Assembly: GCA_964415055.1 (NCBI GenBank)
Contig: CAYPZD010000004.1
Span: 3,260 to 67,259, forward strand
DNA length: 64,000 nucleotides
Direction: 5' to 3'
Source: an uncultured Verrucomicrobiota bacterium
GTDB lineage: Bacteria > Verrucomicrobiota > Verrucomicrobiia > Limisphaerales > AAA164-E04
Part shown: positions 9,547-16,509 of the stretch, piece by piece
How the letters are laid out: every line of letters begins with the position of its first letter
Numbering within the stretch: the stretch's first letter is position 1
The notes under the pieces: model-generated
What the model saw: the letters and a program-made list of their open reading frames with translations, nothing else
Databases searched by the model: none
Told to the model about the DNA's origin: nothing
Translations under genes and position numbers: made by a program

Positions 9547-9588
9547 TTGACACTGCTCGTCGTTCAGATACTGTTCACATGAACAGTA
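9547..9588 (+). promoter_or_regulatory. Putative SOS promoter: TTGACA -35, TACTGT -10 overlapped by a LexA-type palindrome tacTGTTCacatGAACAgta
   Basis: TTGACA at 9547-9552, a 16-nt spacer, then TACTGT at 9569-9574. The 20-mer at 9569-9588 has perfect 8-bp inverted arms. It fits both TGTTC-N4-GAACA and CTGT-N8-ACAG and covers ATG 9579. Confidence 0.7.
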
Positions 9589-12500
9589 TGACAGGTGCTT
9601 CTCCATTACAACGAACGATGGTTCATTTGGATGCGGACGCGTTTTTTGCGTCGGTGGAGCAGGCGTCTGATGCGCGGTTGCGGGGCAAGCCGGTGGCGGT
9701 GGGGGGCGAGAAACGCGGCATCATTGCGGCGGCATCGTATGAGGCCCGGAAATTCGGGATCTATACTCCGATGCCGACGGTGCAGGCGCGGAAGTTGTGT
9801 CCGAAACTGATCCTGTTGCCGGGGGATTACGAGAAATACGAACGTTTCTCCCGTTGGATGTTTTCGTATGCCTATGATTTTACGCCGGATGTGGAGATCA
9901 CTTCGATCGATGAAGGTTATTTTGATCTCTCCGGAGTGCGCAAGCCGGCGTCCGAAATCGCACAGACCATTCGCAAAGCCATCGGGCAATCGTTGAAGAT
10001 CACGGTCAGCGAAGGAATCGGCACGAACAAACTGATCAGCCAGATCGCGTCCAAACTGCACAAACCCGCCGCGTTTCAGGAGATCGAGAAAGGTTATGAA
10101 ATCCCGTTTCTGCATCCGCTGGCCAATCACTGGCTGCCGGGGATCGGGGCCAAGACAGCCTCGCGTTTGAATGCCGCGGGTTTGGCCCGGATCGGACAGA
10201 TTTCGGCGACTTCGACGGATCTGCTGCATCTGATCCTGGGAAACATCGCGCCGCGCATCCGGGAGTATGCCGACGGGGTGGATGAGCGGCCCATCGTGGC
10301 GGTATCCGCACCGGCCAAGTCGTATGGTAAACAGGAAACCTTCGGAGAAGATCAGACCGATGAGGATCGCATCGAGGCCACCTTGCGTCGGATGGCCGAC
10401 ACACTCATGGCCAAGGTGCGTGCGGATGGCAAATGCGTCCGGACCCTGACCGTCAAAGTGCGTTACAACGACATGATGGAGGATCAGTGCGGGGAAAGTC
10501 TGGAGGAACCCACTGATCTTGAGACCGATATTTACGGTCGCTTGGGCATTCTGTTGCGCAAGGCCTGGCGACGGCGGGTGAGTTTGCGTCTGGTGTCGCT
10601 CAAGCTGTCGAATATCTACGACAGTTTTTATCGCAGCGAACTGGCCCTCGACCGTGCTTCCGAACAACGCGAATCACGCCGTCGTCTGGCGCGCATTGTG
10701 GATGACTTGAAACGGCGTTGTGGCTCCGGTGCGATCCTGCGGGGACATGATTTCATTCTGCGGGATGCGGTCAAAGAACGTGAACAAAATCCCGGACGAG
10801 AAAATTCGGAAAAACCTCCTCGCGAGCGAACGGGCGGTGTCACAGGACGACGACAGACACGAGTGTATCCACCTTCATCGACTCCGGGGCAGGTCATGAC
10901 AGATCGTGGATCCCGCTATGGAAACACGCTGGATGCGAGCCAGGGCAATCGGGTGCCGGCGCCCCGGCCCAAGCCGGTGCGTCGTCGTGTGGTGGTGCCG
11001 GTGGCGTTGAATGTCAAAAGTTATTACTCCTTTCTGAACTCGGCCTTGTCGGTGGAGGACGTCGTGCGCTTGGCCTGTGAACAACAGCAACCTGCCGTGG
11101 CCATGGTGGATCAGGGGAATCTGCATGGCGCGGTGCCGTTTTATCAATGCGCCAAAGAGCAGGGGATTCAACCGGTCATCGGGGCGGAGATCGGTGTGGA
11201 TGGCGATCCCTTGCTGTTATATGTGCAGAACGAAACCGGTTACCGCAACCTGTGCCAACTGCTTTCCTCCAAAACCCCCGTCGAGCCCCCCCCGCCCGCG
11301 CCCCGGCAACGCGGACGAAAAGGCCGGAAGAAGCCGGTTCCTGATGCAGCATCGGAATCGATGGCATTGATCCGGCGTTTGAGCGGACATGGACATTGGA
11401 CGCGGCATCAACTGGCTTCCGTTCCGACGGATGGTTTGATCGCGATTGGAAAGGATCCGCGGCTTCAATCTTTTTTTGAAAACCGGTTTTACCTGGGCGC
11501 TGAGCACCCCGGGGCATTGAAAAAATATGCCGGTCAACAGAGTCCCGTGGTGGCGGTGACTCCGGTGCATTATGCCTTGCCGAAGGATTATTGGAAATAC
11601 GATGTGGTGCAGTCCATTCGCACCCTGACGCTGCTGAAACAGCGTCATCCCGACAAGGACCAGAGCGGGGCTTTGCATTATCCGGCCATGCACACCTGGC
11701 GGGACCTGTGGAAGGAGCATCCGGAAGTGTTCGAACGCACTCGGGAGATTGCGGAGCGTTGTCGTGATTTTCAGATGCCCTTGGGACCCCCGCAATTTCC
11801 GGATTACCGTCCGCCGGATGGTTCGTCGCCGCGATCTTTTCTGCGCAAGCTGGTGATGAAGGGGCTGGCGGAACGTTATCCGGCGTCCCGGCGCGAACGT
11901 GTGCAACGACAGGTGGAGGAGGAACTGGCGATCATTCATGATGTGGGTTACGAGGAATATTTCCTGGTGGTGTGGGATTTGTTACAGGATTGCCGGGCGG
12001 CGGGGATTCATTGGATCACGCGTGGGAGCGCGGCGGATTCGTTGGTGTGTTATTGCCTTCGGATCAGTGATGTGTGCCCGATTCGTTTCGAATTGTATTT
12101 CAAACGTTTTCTGAACAAGGACCGCATGGCCTTGCACAAGTTGCCGGACATCGATGTGGATTTTCCGCATGATCGGAAGGATGATGTGATTAACCTGATC
12201 TTCCGCAAATACGGCGAGAAATACTGTGCCGTAGTGGGGGGATTTTCGACCTACAAATCGCGCGGAGCGATGGGGGATGTCGCCAAAGTGTTGGGTGTTT
12301 CGGAATACCAGATCCGGCGGGTAACCGAGCGATTTCCCTATGCGGGCGCGCGGGACATGAGCAGCTTCATTGCGAGAAATCAGGAGTGCCGCGATCTGCC
12401 GCTCCAGGAAGAACCTTATTCGACGGCTCTGCGGATGGCGGAGTTTCTGGACGGGTTTCCGCGTTATCCGAAGATGCATCCCTGTGGCGTGGTGTTGTCC

Positions 12501-14222
12501 CGTCAACCGATGCATCACCTCACTCCGACCTTCAAGGCGAACAAGGGATACCCGACGACGCACTTCGACATGGATGCCGTGGAAGAGATCGGTCTGGTCA
12601 AGATGGATATCCTGGCCCAGGGCGGGTTGTCGGTGATGCGGGATGTGCGGGAGATGCTGCAGGAGCGCGGGATTCGGATGGATCTGGATCGGTGTCAATG
12701 GCGCATCATGCAGCCGGGTGATGAGACGTTGTCCGAGGCGGTGGAAGCGCCGGAGACCGATCCGTGGACGGACCCGAAGGTCTGGGCGATGATTGCCGGG
12801 GGCGGCGCGCGCGCGGTGCATCATATCGAGAGTCCGGCCATGGTGAGTCTTTGCCGGATGTGCAATGTGCGGGAGATTGACGGGTTGGTGGCCATCGTGT
12901 CAGTGATTCGTCCGGGCGCGGCCAATGAGCAGAAGAAGCTTCGTTTTACACGGCGTTATCAAAAGATGGAGGAACCGGTCTATCCGCATCCTTCGTTGGC
13001 CGATTGCCTGCGGAGTACCTTTGGTCTGGTTGTTTATGAGGAGCACATTCTGCAGATCAGCGAACGGTTTGCCGGTCTGCCTCCCGGTCGGGCGGATGTG
13101 TTGCGACGGGCTTTGAACAAGCGGAAGACGGCCACCATTGAGGAGATTCGTCGCGAGTTTTTCGCCTCGGCGGTCAAGCGCGGGCATGGAGAGGGGAAAA
13201 TTCAGGAAGTGTGGGAACTGGTCAGCGGTTTCAATGGCTACGCGTTCTGCAAGGCGCACAGCACGGCTTATGGGGTGGAGGCGTATCAGTCGGCCTGGAT
13301 GAAGTATTACTTTCCCGCCGAATTCATGGCGTCGGTGTTGACTCAGGGGAAGGGGTTCTATCATCCGTTGGTTTATGTGCTGGAGTGTGATCGGTTGGGG
13401 ATTCCCTTGCTGCCGCCATCCATTCATGCGCCGGGGCCGGGTTATCAGGTGGAGCGTTTGGGGAATCCTGCGGAGTCCCGGCAGACATCACAACGTCATC
13501 GACTGGCGAAACGGGGCATTCGTGTGCCGTTGAGCGCGGTCAAGGGTTTGACGGAGCAGACGGTGCAACGGGTGGTCAGCGAGCGTGCGAAGGGGCGGTT
13601 TGTCTCGATGGCTGATTTCCATCGGCGGGTGTTTCCGTTGTCGGATGAGATGGAGCGATTGATCCGGGTGGGGGCGTTTGACGCGTTTGGCAAGACGCGT
13701 ACGTCCCAGTTCTGGGTGTCGCAGTTTTTGTGCCGGACTTTTTCGGATCGGGAATGTCCGGACCAGGGCTGGTTGTTGCCGCCGCCGGATACCGAACGTT
13801 TGCCGAAAACCACCTTGCAGGAACCTTCATGGCAGCAGCGTCTGGAGTGGGAAAACGAGGCCCTGGGGTTTCCGGTGTCGGGGCATTTGCTGGATCTGTA
13901 TCCGGAGGTGGCGTGGGAGACCTATTGTCCGGTGAAACGTCTGGGACATTACATCGGACAGGAAGTCACCACCTGCGGTTTGGTGATCGAGCAGCGGCTG
14001 CATCATCAGGTTACGGGAGAGCCCATGAAGTTCCTCACCCTGGCGGACTGGACCGGGATGGTGGAGACGGAGTTGTTTGCGCCGACGTATCGGAGCTATG
14101 GATTGGCCACGGTGCGGTATCCGGTGCTGGAGGTCAACGCCCGGGTGGAACCTTACGAGAATGGGAGAGGATTTTCCTTGCGGGTTTTAAGAGCTGGCAA
14201 GCCCCGGAAATGTTCGGGATGA
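9579..14222 (+). CDS. dnaE2: Fusion protein: DinB-like Y-family DNA polymerase (N-terminal ~395 aa) + DnaE2-like error-prone DNA polymerase III alpha subunit (C-terminal ~1070 aa)
   Basis: One uninterrupted frame of 1547 codons. N-terminal part: HLDADAFFASVEQ, YEARKFGI, SIDEGYFDLSG, ISQIASKLHKP, LPGIGAKTASRL. Then an R/P/G-rich linker. C-terminal part: PHP-like LNVKSYYSFLNSAL, LPDIDVDFPHDRKDDV, GLVKMDILAQGGLSVM, VIRPGAANEQ, FNGYAFCKAHSTAYG and an OB-like C-terminus. Alternative in-frame starts are at 9588 and 9618. Confidence 0.85.
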   Translation: MNSMTGASPLQRTMVHLDADAFFASVEQASDARLRGKPVAVGGEKRGIIAAASYEARKFGIYTPMPTVQARKLCPKLILLPGDYEKYERFSRWMFSYAYDFTPDVEITSIDEGYFDLSGVRKPASEIAQTIRKAIGQSLKITVSEGIGTNKLISQIASKLHKPAAFQEIEKGYEIPFLHPLANHWLPGIGAKTASRLNAAGLARIGQISATSTDLLHLILGNIAPRIREYADGVDERPIVAVSAPAKSYGKQETFGEDQTDEDRIEATLRRMADTLMAKVRADGKCVRTLTVKVRYNDMMEDQCGESLEEPTDLETDIYGRLGILLRKAWRRRVSLRLVSLKLSNIYDSFYRSELALDRASEQRESRRRLARIVDDLKRRCGSGAILRGHDFILRDAVKEREQNPGRENSEKPPRERTGGVTGRRQTRVYPPSSTPGQVMTDRGSRYGNTLDASQGNRVPAPRPKPVRRRVVVPVALNVKSYYSFLNSALSVEDVVRLACEQQQPAVAMVDQGNLHGAVPFYQCAKEQGIQPVIGAEIGVDGDPLLLYVQNETGYRNLCQLLSSKTPVEPPPPAPRQRGRKGRKKPVPDAASESMALIRRLSGHGHWTRHQLASVPTDGLIAIGKDPRLQSFFENRFYLGAEHPGALKKYAGQQSPVVAVTPVHYALPKDYWKYDVVQSIRTLTLLKQRHPDKDQSGALHYPAMHTWRDLWKEHPEVFERTREIAERCRDFQMPLGPPQFPDYRPPDGSSPRSFLRKLVMKGLAERYPASRRERVQRQVEEELAIIHDVGYEEYFLVVWDLLQDCRAAGIHWITRGSAADSLVCYCLRISDVCPIRFELYFKRFLNKDRMALHKLPDIDVDFPHDRKDDVINLIFRKYGEKYCAVVGGFSTYKSRGAMGDVAKVLGVSEYQIRRVTERFPYAGARDMSSFIARNQECRDLPLQEEPYSTALRMAEFLDGFPRYPKMHPCGVVLSRQPMHHLTPTFKANKGYPTTHFDMDAVEEIGLVKMDILAQGGLSVMRDVREMLQERGIRMDLDRCQWRIMQPGDETLSEAVEAPETDPWTDPKVWAMIAGGGARAVHHIESPAMVSLCRMCNVREIDGLVAIVSVIRPGAANEQKKLRFTRRYQKMEEPVYPHPSLADCLRSTFGLVVYEEHILQISERFAGLPPGRADVLRRALNKRKTATIEEIRREFFASAVKRGHGEGKIQEVWELVSGFNGYAFCKAHSTAYGVEAYQSAWMKYYFPAEFMASVLTQGKGFYHPLVYVLECDRLGIPLLPPSIHAPGPGYQVERLGNPAESRQTSQRHRLAKRGIRVPLSAVKGLTEQTVQRVVSERAKGRFVSMADFHRRVFPLSDEMERLIRVGAFDAFGKTRTSQFWVSQFLCRTFSDRECPDQGWLLPPPDTERLPKTTLQEPSWQQRLEWENEALGFPVSGHLLDLYPEVAWETYCPVKRLGHYIGQEVTTCGLVIEQRLHHQVTGEPMKFLTLADWTGMVETELFAPTYRSYGLATVRYPVLEVNARVEPYENGRGFSLRVLRAGKPRKCSG

Positions 14223-14483
14223 CTTGGTGCTTTGTTTTGGTTATTCCCAATCATGGGAGTGACCATCATGTGAAAGCACCGGACAACTTTCTATCCGTTC
14301 CGGGTTGAAAAACAAATTTTCCATTGTTTATTGCCCAACTTGACTGCGAGGAATAGTTTGGTTGTATTGTTGGGAATGTCGGCAGTGTCTGCTTTTTGAA
14401 TTTTCATAGATGCTTTCGATGGTCGCGCAACTGATATTCCCGGCACAGGATCTACCAACCTCAGGCATTGGGTGGGAAGAGAA

Positions 14484-15317
14484 ATGAATCTTAAAACCAA
14501 ACAACGGATGAATCAGGCGATTTCCACCCTCTGGGTTGGAGTGCTTGGGTTGTTGTTTGCTTATCCATTTCTGTGGATGGCGATGTCGGCGTTCAAAGAG
14601 AATAATCAAATTTTTCAGCCATTGGAATTCTGGCCCTCCAGCTGGAATACGGAATTCTTCCATCAACTTACGTCAGGTGAATGGATTCCGTTTTGGAAAG
14701 TCTTGATGAACTCATTGATCATCGCTGTGGGGCAGGCCCTGGGGGCGGTCTTCATTACCTCGCTTGCCGGGTTTGTGTTTGCGAAGCACCGGTTCCGGGG
14801 GCGGGGATTCCTGTTTGTGACCTGTTTGTGTTTGATTGTATTGCCGCGTCAGATGTTGGCCGTTCCACTATTTCAGTGGATCCACAACGTGGGGCTTTAT
14901 GACTCGATGTTTGGAGTGATTTTACCTGGGGTGGTGAGTGGCTTGGGTGTGTTGTATTTTACTCAGGTCTTCAAGCAGATTCCGGATCCGTACCTGGAAG
15001 CAGCCCGTATCGAAGGGGCGGGGGAATGGCGCACCTATTGGCTGGTCTTGCCCATGCTTGGTTCCTCTTTGCTGAGCTATGGTCTGATTCATTTTATCCT
15101 GGCCTGGAACGAACACCTGGTTCCCATGTTGGTCTTGAATACACCTGAACATCAAACCCTTCCTCTGGCGCTAAGCAGTCTTTATGGAAGCAGTCTGCGG
15201 TTTCCGTATGCCGTCCTCATGGCGGGTTCCTTCATGGCGATGATTCCCACCACTGTTTTCTTTTTGATCAGTTATCGACGTTTCAAGAATTCGCTTGCGA
15301 ACGTTTTGAACAGCTAG
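14484..15317 (+). CDS. Carbohydrate ABC transporter permease (MalG/CUT1-type), orphan
   Basis: About 277 aa with six hydrophobic segments. The EAA-type loop is EAARIEGAGEWRTYWLVLPM. The N-terminus (PFLWMAMSAFK) is typical of MalG-like permeases. No partner permease, ATPase or binding-protein gene is adjacent. Confidence 0.85.
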   Translation: MNLKTKQRMNQAISTLWVGVLGLLFAYPFLWMAMSAFKENNQIFQPLEFWPSSWNTEFFHQLTSGEWIPFWKVLMNSLIIAVGQALGAVFITSLAGFVFAKHRFRGRGFLFVTCLCLIVLPRQMLAVPLFQWIHNVGLYDSMFGVILPGVVSGLGVLYFTQVFKQIPDPYLEAARIEGAGEWRTYWLVLPMLGSSLLSYGLIHFILAWNEHLVPMLVLNTPEHQTLPLALSSLYGSSLRFPYAVLMAGSFMAMIPTTVFFLISYRRFKNSLANVLNS

Positions 15318-15444
15318 TCAGAAACCATAATGATTTGCCCGGGCTGAGTAAACTAGCCCAGAATTTGATTATTTGATTATGCGTTACCAACTTGTTGTCA
15401 TGAATATGTAAAAAGATGTCCGTATTTTAATTTTGTGACACTTT

Positions 15445-16497
15445 GTGTTTTCTTTGGGGCTGGTGTTCCACAATGATGATCCGGTGCACGGCAGTTCTCA
15501 AAAACTATGGATCGTTGTTGAGGTTAGGATCTTCGTTGGGATTTTTTGTTTCAACCTGTTTTCCGGAATCTTGCCGCTTCGCATGCATGGTGAACCTGTA
15601 TCATCTCAGGATTACGTTTTTGAAAGATATCACCCGTGTGATGATATAGGTTTTGAGAATATCTACGATATAGAATTAGGGGCTGGGACCAGTGTTTGGT
15701 TTGCTTCCTGGGGGGATGGCATCGCACGTGTCGACGAAACAAGTTGGCGACATTACAGCGAAGATTCAGAATCACCACTGCCATCGAATTTCGTGAAATC
15801 AGTCACCTTTCATGCAGAAAGAAATCAACTTTGGGCAGCTACGACAAAAGGAGTCGTGGTTATTAGCGGAGACGAAGTCCAAAAAGTTCCCCTTCCAGAA
15901 AACTTTGAACCAACCTGTGTCCTGATCAATGATGATCAAACCGTCTTCATTGGATCCAGAAAGGGGCAGGTGATCAGCTCTTCACTTAGCCGGTTTGATC
16001 TGTCTGGCAAATTCAATTGGGAAACACTCCTTGAAGCAGGTCCGGGCAACTCATTCAGTGTCGATGAAATGATCGAGGGCGCCGATGGAAATATCTGGGT
16101 AGCTCGGAATCGCTCTGGAGTGGTCAGGTTATCAAGTGGTGAAACGCGCAATTTTACACCAGAAGAAACGGGGGTTAAAAGAGCTAATCAAATTATTCGC
16201 CTGTCAGATGACACGTTAATCTTAGCGGGCTCAGGTACGCCTTCGCGTTTTAAGGGAGGGCAATGGCAGCCAATATCGGCACTCGAAGCCGTTTATCGTT
16301 CCTGTGAATTGGTGGACGGTAACCTGATTTTTGGAAAATTAAACGGCAATATCATCACTCTGGACGGTTCCAAAATAGAGGTTTTATGGAATCCTGATCA
16401 ATCGAATATCAGAATAAGATCCATCGTTCAGGATCACAGCGGCAGGATTTGGCTTGGAGAAAAAGGAGGCATAATCAAAGGCGCTCCGAGGCGCTAG
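15445..16497 (+). CDS. N-terminal fragment of sensor kinase: signal-anchor plus Reg_prop-type beta-propeller repeats (ends at in-frame TAG)
   Basis: 350 aa. The hydrophobic anchor is IFVGIFCFNLFSGILPL. Repeats such as WFASWGDGIARVDETSWRHY, LWAATTKGVVVI and IWVARNRSGVVRL are typical of two-component-regulator propeller domains. It is in the same frame as the ORF at 16510, separated only by TAG 16495-16497 and 4 sense codons. Confidence 0.7.
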   Translation: MFSLGLVFHNDDPVHGSSQKLWIVVEVRIFVGIFCFNLFSGILPLRMHGEPVSSQDYVFERYHPCDDIGFENIYDIELGAGTSVWFASWGDGIARVDETSWRHYSEDSESPLPSNFVKSVTFHAERNQLWAATTKGVVVISGDEVQKVPLPENFEPTCVLINDDQTVFIGSRKGQVISSSLSRFDLSGKFNWETLLEAGPGNSFSVDEMIEGADGNIWVARNRSGVVRLSSGETRNFTPEETGVKRANQIIRLSDDTLILAGSGTPSRFKGGQWQPISALEAVYRSCELVDGNLIFGKLNGNIITLDGSKIEVLWNPDQSNIRIRSIVQDHSGRIWLGEKGGIIKGAPRR

Positions 16498-16509
16498 ATC
16501 AATTCCGGC

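Noticed and set aside
9606-12824. Long minus-strand ORFs (9606-10667, 353 aa; 11217-11939, 240 aa; 11982-12824, 280 aa) opposite the polymerase-fusion gene
   Set aside because: Their translations are Arg/Pro/Gly/His-rich low complexity with no motifs. They mirror a strongly supported plus-strand gene, and open antisense frames are expected in GC3-rich coding DNA.
13730-14308. 192-aa plus-strand ORF overlapping the 3' end of the polymerase gene in another frame
   Set aside because: It has a Gly/Ala/Ser-rich composition and no recognisable domain. It lies entirely within or just past a well-supported CDS, so it is probably an off-frame artefact.
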